A stretch of DNA of 63,913 nucleotides, filler included, from Choristocarpus tenellus KU-1152 (taxonomy: Eukaryota; Protista; Phaeophyceae): assembly GCA_964200185.2 (NCBI GenBank). It is 10 parts of 10 records of this genome, joined end to end, with 100 filler letters (N's around TTAATTAATTAA, not from the genome) between each part and the next. Parts side by side here need not be neighbours in the genome. Positions count along the whole stretch, not along the records: positions 15,534 to 28,508 come from CAXNAD020001625.1; positions 28,609 to 36,648 come from CAXNAD020005236.1; positions 36,749 to 42,819 come from CAXNAD020009016.1; 7 more parts are not named here. The stretch is one strand, 5' to 3'. The notes under the pieces were generated by a model, which was not told the DNA's origin, ran no database searches, and was given only the letters and a program-made list of their open reading frames with translations. The translations under genes and the position numbers were made by a program. Of the stretch, positions 28,209 to 39,811 are shown in pieces; position 1 is the first letter of the stretch, and the number at the start of each line of letters is the position of its first letter.

Positions 28209-28446
28209 CTGAAGGAGACAGAAAGCAGAGGGTGGGTGGAAGTGTATGAAATTATCAGTACTGCATATGTATGTGTTTCGGAGTACATATATGTGCTAGT
28301 ATATAGTGGATCAATGCCTTGCAGAGCATCAACTCCCTCAGTAACACCAGGCGCTTTAAAAAAAATACATATTACATGCCTTGGGCATGCATAGGACTCC
28401 GTACACTCAAATTTCTCCCTCACCCATCCTTGCGCTGCTTCTTCCT

Positions 28447-28508
28447 GAGCCAAAGTATCTGAGAGGGTAGAGCCGCGTCCATTTGGGGGTCAAAATCCAA
28501 TGTTGCGA
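28447..28508 (+). mobile_element. MITE family A end, at contig break
   Basis: gagccaaagtatctgagagggtagagccgcgtccatttggggg, then gap. Confidence 0.88.
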
Positions 28509-29038
28509 NNNNNNNNNNNNNNNNNNNNNNNNNNNNNNNNNNNNNNNNNNNNTTAATTAATTAANNNNNNNNNNNNNNNNNNNNNNNNNNNNNNNNNNNN
28601 NNNNNNNNCGCCAAAGAAAAAGAAGCGGGGGGGGCGGGGGGGGGGGGGGGGGGGGGGGAGAGAAACCCAACCAGCATCAACAGGACCCCAAACCAAGAGT
28701 GTGGAGCACCTCTAGGTCTTACAACTACAGGTCAAGTCATCTTGTAGATACTCTTCCTAGTATAAAGCACTTCTTGAGGTGTCTTCAAGGTACAATGTAG
28801 TCCAATACATTGTACATTCCATGGATGTCACAAGCAGAAACATTAACAAAACACACATTTAAGTTTCCATAAAGACTACATACAGTTGGTAGTACAGGTC
28901 AGCACCAATTGAAGTGATTTTCCAAACACCTGAAAAAACTATTTTTTTGCCTCCCAATTTCACTTCCTACTGTATGAATCAGCAGTGGTAATTGATCGGT
29001 TTCTTCTTGTCTAAACCTTCTCTTGACAAATAGCCCAC

Positions 29039-31072
29039 CTGGAAGATCCTGGCATAGTCTCGAGGAAGGCTTTCTTTTGGGTCCCATGGACTCGTCCGGA
29101 AGCTCCGGAGCGCACGGAACCGCGCAAACCGCTCCCGGGCTGGTCTGTCTGATGGGGTGTCCACCTCATCTGGAAACCTGGTGTCCTCCTCAGCGGCAGC
29201 TGCGGCCTCAGCCCTCTGTCTCATCATAATGTCGTCCCCAGCAACATCATCCTCCAAGAGGTCACCATCATCCTCCTCCCCATCTTCATCTTCCCAATCC
29301 TCTCCTTCATCTCCACTCAATATCATTGCGCTATCGCCCCCATCATCTTCGCTCCCTTCAGGGATCTCACCCATGCCGTCAGGGCCATCTCCACCCTCAC
29401 TCAACCACGCAGCCTGATACCCAGACCACCCTTTGGGTCTCCTCTTGTTGGCATTAGAAGCACCGCTGCCACCTTCTTGCCCTCCCAAAGGTCCTGCTGT
29501 TGCTTCAGCGAGCTCATCCTCAGTGGGCCAGGTCTGCTCTCCAGCCAAATCATCTACCCCTGCCTCCATGGCCGTATCTATCCGTTTGTTATCATCAGCC
29601 TCAGCCAACACCTCCATCCCCTCCCCCCCTCCTCCCTCATCAGCCACCGAGTCACCACTGCTACTACCCACAAAAACCGGTCGGTGTTGGAGCTTTAGGG
29701 GGCACGGCTCCATGGCAGCCCTGATTTGTCGCAGCCTGAATGCACCAGCGTCACGTAAGTGGATAAGCTGGTTTACACCCAGGGGTCTACCACGGATGTA
29801 ACCACGAAGTCGGACAGTACAGGTATTATCAGCAGTTCCCATATTATCATCACAATCGTCTCCATTGCCTGAAGAGCTCGAAATAACCTCCTCAGCTCTG
29901 TCCGCCAGCATGTAAGATCGCATTGACCTCCAGTGGACGGTCCGGGCAGGTGTAGTGGTGAGTGCCCGCAACACTTGCACGGGATTTGACGCATCCACAA
30001 CCTTGGCCAGCCCGGCAAACTCCGTATCAAAGAAGCGCTGCCCCCACTTGCGCATTTCCACCTGGTGTCTTTTCCCCTTTCCTTCCTGCTGTCCAAGGCG
30101 GTCGAGACCCTGCATCAGGCCTACCACTGCCGGCAGCCCCATGGCCTTGAGTGTGGACAGCATCATCTCTCCCTCCTATACATGGAATGGAAAAAGGCAG
30201 AGGGGTGGGCATGTGCCATATAGTGGGAAATGAAGACATTAAAGCAGTGGTAGAGAGAGCCAATTAAGGACAGGAGGGCACAGCACGAAATGAAACCAGG
30301 ATATGCTGAGCGATTACGCAGTACCTGACAGAAATTTAGATTATGTATAATACGAATAGTGTAAGCTAGGTTTTATAGTCCATAATTCGATAAAAATCTC
30401 CTCAAAGGCGCACTAATACACAAGATTAGAAACAACGGTAAGGAGGTCAACAGCGATAGTGCTAACAGAGCAGCACGCCCGACACTGGACTCATTTTCCC
30501 TCCTCTAAATACAGAGCTTCACAAAAATTCAAAATTACACCCACCTCATCTACACAGTCCTCCTTTCCTCCCTGCAAGGGCAGTACCACCAAGAGCAGGT
30601 CTGCCACCTTCGCGAACTCCAGCACGGACTGCGCATCTCGATCGGGGGTCAGGAAAGTAAACCGCTGCTTGAACTTGGAATACGATGCCGTCGTCATGCC
30701 GACGCTTGTAGAGGGATCCGTACTTCGCGTACAGTCCTTGAGCACGCTAGCCTGGACTGCTGTCGGGTCTGCTGCTGCAGCAAGAGACACCCACACACAC
30801 ACCTTTGGAGGACCCCCATCGGAGCCGAGACGCTTCTCCAGCCACAGGTCTTCACGCTTTTGTTTCCGCAACTGATTCACATGGTTGACGCGGTTAAGCT
30901 TTCGATTCTTGGCAATCTCTTTTACACCAACCTTCACGGCTACCCTGCTACCACCCAACTCGACCCGGCCAGCTCCTAAGCCACCTTTTGTGGAACGCTT
31001 GCTCTGGTGACTACCAGTCTTGTGTTTCTTATTATCCTGGCGCAGGGATCCAGAACGATGAGAGTGAGGCAT
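29039..31072 (-). CDS. TSR1: Pre-rRNA-processing protein TSR1 (40S biogenesis), first two exons 30545-31072 and 29039-30175; 3' part missing
   Basis: N-terminus [75 protein letters not shown]...[34 protein letters not shown]. Junction GAG|gtggg...atag|GAG, phase 0. Confidence 0.93.
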
Positions 31073-33130
31073 CGCTCCTCTCCCACCCTGTCAGTCTTGA
31101 CACCACCCTCTCAGTGTTGACTTGATGAAGGCATAGATTTTGGTTTTGTTGATGATGACGGTGGACCATTAGTCTTTGAAAGTCCAAACGCTACAGGGCA
31201 GGTCCCTAGAACACCACATAGCGCCACATAGCGCCACAAAAATATTTGGTTAGAAGTTGAAAAGGAAGATGGACACAAGGAAGAAAACCAGTTCAACACT
31301 CAATTTCAGAGCAAAAAAGGGACGAAGTTGATGGGACAACTATGAAAGCCTCAGTGTTTATAAACTTGAACGGCACAAATATCCATTGAACCTGTGTGTC
31401 ATCCAAATATCAAGCTTATTCGTGGTGGGTAGGTTGCACCAACGTGATACTGCTCATACTATCTTCAGCGAAACAGACAAGTTAAAGACAGGTTGAAATA
31501 ACCAAGCAAGGATGATAATCAGAAACGATCTATCGTCCCTTGGTTCCTACAACAGAGAATCTAGCCCATGCATACATAACGAATTGTGTTCTTAATTATC
31601 GGTACCAATGTCAAGTTATTTTAGAGGAAAGGGCAGAGGGCATTTCTCTGGCACTGGGTACCACTACTGCACTCCCCCTATTCTTATGCTGCCATTGTAG
31701 GTAGACACGACCGAGTATATCTCTGTTCGAGAGACTTGTAATCACTGGTACCCACATCCCACTCTTCTCTCATAACTTTTAGGCTTTCCCTCCCTATGAT
31801 AGAAGCGCGTATGGGCTCATCGTTGTGGTTGGACAGGAAGAGTTCCTCCAATCAATGTACAGTACAGAAAGATAGATCGAGGCCAGAGGATAATGGTATC
31901 AGAAGACTTCCAAGCTTGTCTATCTCGGAAGTCCAATCCGTGATAATGCTGATATCATCAACAACATCCAACTTCATATCCAGAAGGAACAGGGGTGCTT
32001 GAAGGAGTAGAGCAGAGAGAGTTTGCAACTAAGAAGTAGGTGTATCACTTGACCTAAAAATTCGGATGCTCAAAGCCAAAGTAGATGATATTCTGCTGTT
32101 TATATGCATGATGTGGACGCTAAGAAGGGACCATTGCATCTAACTACATGCCCAACAGTGCATTTTATTCCACACATGGAATCATATGGACCACTTCGCG
32201 TCATACAGAGAAGCCCTGAAGAGAACTGGATGTGAGGCATTGAGGTCAGTATCCCCAAAAGGAGACTGTTCTTTGCAGGTTTTATGCTGCAAATGGGCGA
32301 TTGTAGATTGCCCAAAACCCTCATGCTCTGCCGAACTCAACACTCACAAACCAAAGGGGGGAAAGAAAGATCCAGAGAAAGGCTGGTGGTGATACCTCCC
32401 AAGACAACCTCCAGGCTTTCGACACCACAACCGATCAGTAGGTTTCTCTTGCAGATGACTCAAACACATGAGGAAGAAGTGTGGAGGTTGGAACTAAAAA
32501 CTCCATTGATGCCTGGCATACCGCTCAGGTCAAAGCAGCCATAGCCACACAAAAGTGTCCTCAACCGCCAGTAACATGTGATAATGGACTTCTCTTTTTC
32601 TCATCCTCTTCTTTTGGAGGGAAAGGGACTCCTTTGCCCAACCTAAGATAATCTTCTTGGTGTTGATGGTAGTAGGTTGGTATCTAGCGGGTGAAAGGAC
32701 TCGATCTAGTTGCTCTTAAGTGCATGTATATATGTGACCTCCTTGAACCAGTTATTGTCCTTGATGCTCGGGCTGATCCCTTGAATTGTATCTTCTTTCT
32801 GAATATTATTTGATTGATCTCTGTGGACTTGACCGATGGATCTGCCATTTTTTTAGCACTTAGGTCCTATCTCTTTTTTGCTCTTTTCTTGCATCACCAT
32901 TTTGACCACTGGTTCAACTAATCTTTATGTTACTTCCTTCTCTTTCACAATTTGTGCGCCACTTTCGCTTCTTTCAATCATCGCTGCAATATATTTCGAA
33001 ATCAGTGCGTAAAAATCAATCAGTGGTTAAGGCATTGGTCACCTAACTAATTTACGAATTCAAATCCCTTCAATGCCCGACTTATCTTCACGGAAGTCTG
33101 GTTTCGATTATGCTATTCCATGTGGTATAC

Positions 33131-33384
33131 GAGTGAAATTATCTTAGAGGGTATGAGTTTTGCCTTGTTTGTCCATTTGGGGCTTGGCACCTCTTGTTTT
33201 TTTTATACTTTCCTACTCCAAAATGTTTAGGAGTAGGTAAGATGTGTACGTTGTGAAAAGGTGTGTCCAGAACAAGGATATTGACACTTCCTAACAATCA
33301 AGACAGCAAAAATTACGTCAAATCGAAACATTGAATTTTGAACCCCAAATGGACGCGGCCCTACTCTCTAAGATATTTTGGCTC
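33131..33384 (-). mobile_element. MITE family A, full copy
   Basis: gagtgaaattatcttagagggta...tactctctaagatattttggctc. Confidence 0.9.
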
Positions 33385-34349
33385 ATGTTTAACAGATAAT
33401 ATAACCTGTACTATCCCGTCTGTATGTAGTTATACCACAAAAATGCCGGACCAAGATCAAGTTCAAACTTCAGGGCAAGTCCAGGTGAAGATTCAAGGGG
33501 GGAGATAGACGCATTACAGTTTGTTTTTTGTCAGTAGTTAAGATTAAGAAGTAGGGCAGTGTGCAGTGCCTCTCAAAATGGGTCAAGATAATCATTAGAC
33601 TAGTGTCACTGATACTAGCGTTACAGAATGAGGTTCCAAACTAAAAAAGTTGAAAATATTGAATTCTACCAAGGGTGCACTTACTAAACCGTACACTCGA
33701 TCAAATGATATCCCTCCTACAGGACAAATGGGATTGAAGGGGCATCCTTGGGTTCCTCATGAGGAGTAGGCCCAGTTGGAAATGTCAAATGGCAGGTCAA
33801 GCGCGATCCTAGCGTAGGTCAAATGGAGAGGTCTTCCATATGGTAGTTGATAAAATCTGACCGGCAAACATAACTTTCTTGCTACGTATTGAACTCATCG
33901 TGTGGGAGAATATAGTTTGACCAATTGTACCCCATCAATACACTTGGTGGTGTGTTCGTTAGCGATTGCACCCATCGTCTATGTTATTCTAAATTGTATT
34001 ACTATGATTGTGGAGCGATCACAAACCTCAACAAACAAATCTCAACATTTGGGGTAGGTGAACCATCTGTCTGTCTGTGAGTTATATTGTTAAGAATACC
34101 TCCGAAGGGCAACACGAGAAGCACTCATTGGTAGAGCTGCCTGAAAGAAAACGATAATGGAATGAGTTTGGGATCATCGTCAAGGGGTGGAGCACAAGGA
34201 TACCATACCAACATGACAGACAGATCGTCGTCCACATGTATGACTATGTAGTTGATAAAACTAGGACCTTCGTGGATGGATAAGTGGTATACCAGCTGAG
34301 AAAAAGCTATGTTGCATCATTTAGTTAGGTGGTAGGTCAATCATGCACA

Positions 34350-34589
34350 GAGTGCAAGCATCTTAGAGGATACGAGTTTTGCCCTGTTTGTCCATGGGTT
34401 TCTTTATGACATTTTCCTACTCCAAAATGTTTAGGAGTAGGTAAAATGTATACGTTATGAAAAGCTGTGTCTGGAGCAAGGATAGTGACACTTACTAACA
34501 AACATGATGGCCCAAATTACATCAAAATCACAACATTGGATTTTGACCACCAAATGGACACCACTTTACCCTCTAAGGTACCTTGGCCC
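34350..34589 (-). mobile_element. MITE family A, full copy with small internal deletion
   Basis: gagtgcaagcatcttagagga...taccctctaaggtaccttggccc; flanks aca/tca. Confidence 0.88.
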
Positions 34590-34941
34590 TCAAGTAGCAG
34601 CTAACAGAGGAAACAAAATAACAAATCATGGCACATGCAATCTCACTATTACCTCCTGGAGATTGTTGCATTGAGTAACCCTATGTTTGAAGGGGGTAAT
34701 GTTGAATATTTCAGACCACTGCAACTGCCTTCTAGTGCTTGTACATGTGCTTCTAGTAGTACTCTGAAAGGTGATTTCACGCCTACTATCTCATAAGATA
34801 TGAACGTACATTCGTTTGTTGTGTTGGTCTGCTCGTCTGTGCAGCAACCACAAATATAAGGGGGGTTAGATGCATTTTTGTACTAAAAACGTAGGGTACC
34901 ACTCCTTCATATGAAGTCCTGAATACTCAAAGGGCCAGTAT

Positions 34942-35198
34942 GACCCAAAGCATTCAAGAGGGTAGGAGTTTTGTCCTGTTTGTCCGTTCGGGGCTTGGCT
35001 TCCCGTAGATATTTTATGATATTTACCTACTCCAAAATGTTTTGGAATAGGTGAAATGTGTAGGACTATGAAAGGTGTGTCCGCAACAAGGATATTGACA
35101 CTTCCTAACAAACACGATAGCCAAAATTACATCAAAATCGCAACATTGGATTTTGGACCCCAAACGGGGCGGCCCTACCCTCCAAGACTCTTTGACTC
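34942..35198 (-). mobile_element. MITE family A, full copy with a GACCC-type end
   Basis: gacccaaagcattcaagagggtagg...taccctccaagactctttgactc. Confidence 0.88.
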
Positions 35199-35913
35199 AT
35201 ATATGGCCCTCTAAGAAGATAGGAGGGTGGTTCTATTCTCATTGATTAATCTCTTCCTGTCGGTAAATTTCTTTGTTGTGTCCCTTTTTCCTTTTGTTGC
35301 GTGGTATATGATGAGTAGTAGTGTTTGGCGAATTGAATAGAATTGATGTGATGGTGGCCGTTCCCCCCTTTCTCCCATAGGATATGGAAATTTTGACAAT
35401 GCTATTGACATCCTATTCCAGGTATTGGGTGTGCTACTAATAGTAGTGCATAGTGCCTGCCAGCTGGGTTTTTCTTCTTCACTGGAACGCCCAGTTCCTT
35501 CTCTTTCTCTTTCTTCTATACTCAAAGTACGTGATACGTTAACAGTGTATGAAATTGTTTCATTCGTATTATACTACTATCTTCTCTAGTATTTGTATTT
35601 TATTTATTATGCCTCGGACATTTTGCAGATGTGTGAAAGGAAAAACTTGTGAAAACTATTAACACATCTGAAAAAATCCCTAAGTAACAGGTGTCACAAA
35701 GTGAAATGTGAATCTATTTCCTATTTTACTACCACATATCTATGTCGTACTACTGCCTTCCTGTGTCCTAAGCCTATTCCTGCACACCAAGGAGAGGAGC
35801 TAGGGAAGCATCCCACGAATATATTAAACCCCTCCTTGCCCATCTCCCGGGTGACTCCAGGTTAAAACGCATGCCCCGTCTAGATAGGGCTACTTGCGTT
35901 GTGGCTGAGACTA

Positions 35914-36320
35914 TCTGGCGTAGGCGGGATTTGACACGGCACCTTCTCTCCTGTAGTCTCCCATTCCTCTCCCCCTTACCGCGTGTATACCTAGCTCATC
36001 CAGGAAACGTTCCGCTTGCTTGCTGAGCCGCCCAAGCCTTTCCACCGCGAAGGTGTTGAGGTTATAACTACGAGGGTCAATAGAGCCCTCGTAGTGGGTG
36101 CGCTTTCGCGCCTCGGCTGTAGCAGCAGCACCTACACCATTGCTGGTGGGTGGGTGTGGGAGGTGGGAGGTTGCCTGTACTCCCGCGAACGTAACATCGA
36201 GGAGAAGGCCTTTGTCCCGGTAGGGGGCTGATCCTGCGTTTGCAAGGGCCCCTGCATGGAGGACTAGATCCATGCGGCAATTCCTGTCCTCTGCGAATGG
36301 GCTACCATCCTCCGTATTCC
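35914..36320 (-). mobile_element. 3' fragment of a non-LTR retrotransposon with a restriction-like endonuclease (CRE/R2-type clades)
   Basis: RMDLVL...LLLDVTFA..QA..HL...AAATAEARKRTHY...TFAVERLGRL matches the RLE pattern R.D...D...K..(K/H)Y...FAVE..G. Confidence 0.65.
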
Positions 36321-36573
36321 ATCGAATGTTGTTATTATGTCGCTGTTTTCCCTCTACCTTACCATCATAGGTTTGAGATTCATCGGACAAATAAATGTCA
36401 GTTACGTTAATAATAAAACTATTTGATAATTACATAATAGATTTAATCGCTGTTGTTCCCATCTCATAAACGTAATATTCAACATTACAAGTATTGCCCT
36501 AGAACGTTCGGCCCTATCTGAGCTCTTGGGATGTTGTTATCCATTTACTTCAATAATATTCAAATACATTGTT

Positions 36574-36620
36574 AACAGAGGATTTTCAAAATTGGGGATG
36601 GAGCGGGACTACGAGGATGG
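36574..36620 (+). repeat. Family C repeat; inverted copy at 47762-47808
   Basis: aacagaggattttcaaaattggggatggagcgggactacgaggatgg matches the reverse complement of 47762-47808 with few mismatches; both lie at contig ends. Confidence 0.75.
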
Positions 36621-36748
36621 TTGTTTTGCGAAAACGGTCTTAAAAAAGNNNNNNNNNNNNNNNNNNNNNNNNNNNNNNNNNNNNNNNNNNNNTTAATTAA
36701 TTAANNNNNNNNNNNNNNNNNNNNNNNNNNNNNNNNNNNNNNNNNNNN

Positions 36749-36785
36749 TGGTGTAGACCCCCCCCCCTCCAAGATACTTTGGGTC
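36749..36785 (+). mobile_element. MITE family B end, at contig start
   Basis: tggtgtagaccccccccctccaagatactttgggtc. Confidence 0.8.
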
Positions 36786-37171
36786 TGATGCATACCACAG
36801 TTGAGTAGCCATTAGAGTTTCTCTGATGATGGGCACACGAAAATATAATCCACTTACCTTTTTGAGTCGTCCATTTCTATGCACACCTGCTTTGTACTTT
36901 TAAGGGGTACGCCGATTGTTTTCTTAAAGCACTTTTGCTATAATATACAGAATTATTATTCGGTAATAGTGACAATAGAACTCTAAAGCTCAATGCACTC
37001 ATTGACAAAAGATACAATTTCAAACTCAAATTCACATTGCGCTTGCCACAGAGCAAACCAATAGTCACAAATATCGCCAACTAAAGTGACTTTGCTATCT
37101 GCAACACCCAGCTGAAATTTTCGAAGCACCATTTGAGCCCTCTTCTCCTTGTCCTCCCTATGCCAAGATAG

Positions 37172-38683
37172 GTTGTGGAGACAGACATTTATGGGCACAA
37201 TGTTCGTCTAGACCTTGGGAATCTTACCCCCACGCGGCAACATAGTTTCTTCTCAAAATTACACCCAGGAACAATTGAGTTTGTTCATACTGCTCTCCGG
37301 GAGGCTCGTGCCAGGCAGGACAGAATGACAAGGAAGCCTGAGCGTGTCCATATGCCCAACCACAGTTGTTGTGTGAGGCAGGCCCAGAGTTTAATGATGA
37401 GCGATGGTGATGCCAATGCAACAGAGTGCTACGAACTTGTCAAGAATGGAAAGGCAAGGGCTGGGGAACAGGTAGGAAAGGAAAGGAAAGGAAATAGAAC
37501 TGTCAGGAGCAGCACCAACAACCCTCTAGGCCACCAGTCTTGTAACTATTCATCAGCATTATCGTCAAAAATCTCTGTTGTGGAAGGGGTTGAACTTTAT
37601 CCCCGTAACATAACCAGATCTTTGCCTGAGGGCCTTGGATCCCTTGCCTCCCCTCGTTCAGCCCCGAGTGTAAACCTGATTGAGGACCAAAGCACAGGCA
37701 CATTGAAGGTAGAATTGGAGAAGAACATACTCCAGGAAGAGGTGGAGAGGGTTGATGCTCGCTGCCGGTATAACCCTGTACACGTGCAAGACTTCACTGA
37801 TCGAATGAAGACCAAACAACAACAGAGGGAGGGTAAAGATTATCTTCTGCGTAGAGCTATCAAGGGCTGGGCAAATACAGCCCAGACACTTGCTGATAAT
37901 CGGGCAACCATTACGAAGCTTGTAACAAAGCAGGAGCACAAGCGGACCTTGGGCGCGCTTCGGCACTGCTTCCATCATCTCGGTAGCCACGCTCGAAAGC
38001 TTGCAGGGGCCCGGGCTGTAGCAGAGGCACTGTATCAGGAGCGTGCCAGGGCCAGTTCCAAAGTCGTCCTGTCCAATCTGATACTGCACCGCAAGCATAA
38101 TCAGGAAAAGACACAGAGGTCCCTAAAAGGTGCAGAAGCAATGATCAGAACAAGAGGACTTCACTTGACACGTGTGACCTTTGGAGCACTTACTACACAA
38201 AGGGACAAAGCGCAGCGGGCATCCGTCATGGCTGAGCAAATGCTTCGTCGGGGGGAATTCAAGACGCAAGTCTCAGCATTTGCAGGGTGGGCTGCAACCG
38301 TCGGACTGGCCAGCCGGCTCCGCTGGAGGCTAGGACGGGCGGATTTGGCTATCCTGTCCAATGTTGTCACGGCCTGGAAGCTCTTTACAAGCCACACCTT
38401 GACCAGACGGCTGCAAAGAGACTCCCGCTTAAAAATTCAGTTGTCTAACATGACCCTAAAAGATGACTGTTTTGCCGGGTGGATAAATGCCACAGCAGCA
38501 TCTAAGTTCCACAGGCTACGACTACTGGCGAGAGTGATGGACACCTGGGGACAAAGCAGGGCGTTAGAAGCAGGGGCAGGGTATAAGGCAACGTCTTCAA
38601 TAGGGATAGACCAAGGGGTTGACTTATTGGAAAGTGTAGCACAGGCAAAGGATGAAAAAGAAACTTTGAGCATTGGTACTTAA
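37172..38683 (+). CDS. Large exon (~500 aa) of a helical protein with Sfi1-like Trp-containing repeats (putative centrin-binding basal-body protein)
   Basis: Polypyrimidine tract + tag|GTT acceptor; 1.5-kb open frame; repeats LLRRAIKGW, SAFAGW, LSNVVTAWKLF, CFAGW and KFHRLRLLARVMDTW resemble Sfi1 repeats. Confidence 0.6.
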   Translation, partial: VVETDIYGHNVRLDLGNLTPTRQHSFFSKLHPGTIEFVHTALREARARQDRMTRKPERVHMPNHSCCVRQAQSLMMSDGDANATECYELVKNGKARAGEQVGKERKGNRTVRSSTNNPLGHQSCNYSSALSSKISVVEGVELYPRNITRSLPEGLGSLASPRSAPSVNLIEDQSTGTLKVELEKNILQEEVERVDARCRYNPVHVQDFTDRMKTKQQQREGKDYLLRRAIKGWANTAQTLADNRATITKLVTKQEHKRTLGALRHCFHHLGSHARKLAGARAVAEALYQERARASSKVVLSNLILHRKHNQEKTQRSLKGAEAMIRTRGLHLTRVTFGALTTQRDKAQRASVMAEQMLRRGEFKTQVSAFAGWAATVGLASRLRWRLGRADLAILSNVVTAWKLFTSHTLTRRLQRDSRLKIQLSNMTLKDDCFAGWINATAASKFHRLRLLARVMDTWGQSRALEAGAGYKATSSIGIDQGVDLLESVAQAKDEKETLSIGT

Positions 38684-38740
38684 GACTGATTTGCTTGGTG
38701 TATGGACTGAGCTCTCATGTACTCCATCTAACTTACGCCC

Positions 38741-39063
38741 TTCCTCCAGCCTACAAGTACTCCATTTGTACCATGTGTACTCATAAGTGTGCATTGTACT
38801 ACTGAGTACTCTGAGAATGTATTGGAGTGTCTCCAAGATAGGGGCGGCATGAAGAAATCACAATGCAAAGTAGCTACATACATACTCAAAATAGAGTTGA
38901 TAAAACTTTTCCTCCAGCCTACAAGTACCCCGTTGGTATCATGTGTACTAGTAAGTGTACATTGTACTATTAAGTACTCTGAGGATGTATTGAAGTGTCT
39001 CCAAGACAGGGGCAGCATGAAGAAGTCACAAAACAAAGTAGCTACACATATGCTCAAAATAGA
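38741..39063 (+). repeat. Diverged tandem duplication, 168-bp period, two ~155-bp copies
   Basis: ttcctccagcctacaagtac...ctcaaaataga at 38741-38895 and 38909-39063. Confidence 0.88.
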
Positions 39064-39552
39064 CTAGACGAAAGGCTCCCTCTGTTACCTAAGTGATGGC
39101 TGCTCTATGGATTGTCAAGGGGACTTGTGTGAACAGTGCCGTGTTAAAAGCTCATGTGATGATGTGAAGCTCAACAGCCGATCGGGTATGGTTCAAAAGA
39201 CTCGGACTATTCCTCCCATGGGGCTTTTGCCCATACAACAAGACACACCCCCAGTTGCATTCTACCTTGAGGCAATACAGCGCCTTCCTAGTGCTATATG
39301 ACTCAACATATCACGAATGATGAGGTGTGCCGCCGTTCTATCACATGAAACTGTCAGGCAGTGATGATAACGATCACATGCTTGTATCACCACTTGCAAC
39401 ATACTCCGAAGGAGGAAGCAGGATACGTTTTAGTGTGACATGCTGGCCTAAGACTATTCACAAACGAGTCAGAGTAAGCGAGAGTTACCGAGGGTTGCAT
39501 TTAAAGGAAGCTGACAAAAAATAGAAGTACAAAGTTCGTTTTTTGTGTATAA

Positions 39553-39811
39553 GAGTGAAAGTATCTTAGAGGGTACGAGTTTTGCCCTGTTTGTCCATTT
39601 GGGGATTGGCTTCCCATGGGTCCTTTTATGAAAGTTTCCTACTCCGAAATGCTTAGGAGTACATAAAAGGTGTATGTTATGAAAAGGTGTGTCTGGAACA
39701 CGGATATTGACACTTCTTAACAAACACGATAGCCAAAATTACATCAAAATCGCAACATTGGATTTTAACCCCCAAATGGACGTGACTCTACCCTCTAAGA
39801 TACTTTGGTTC
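39553..39811 (-). mobile_element. MITE family A, full copy, TSD TAA/TAA
   Basis: taa-gagtgaaagtatcttagagggta...taccctctaagatactttggttc-taa. Confidence 0.93.

Noticed and set aside
27873-28394. + strand [16 protein letters not shown]...
   Set aside because: Antisense shadow of the minus-strand exon 27912-28208, which has good splice sites and a compatible phase.
31780-33000. Possible decayed Gypsy pol (DLSGMPGI-like)
   Set aside because: Only isolated weak motifs amid many stops.
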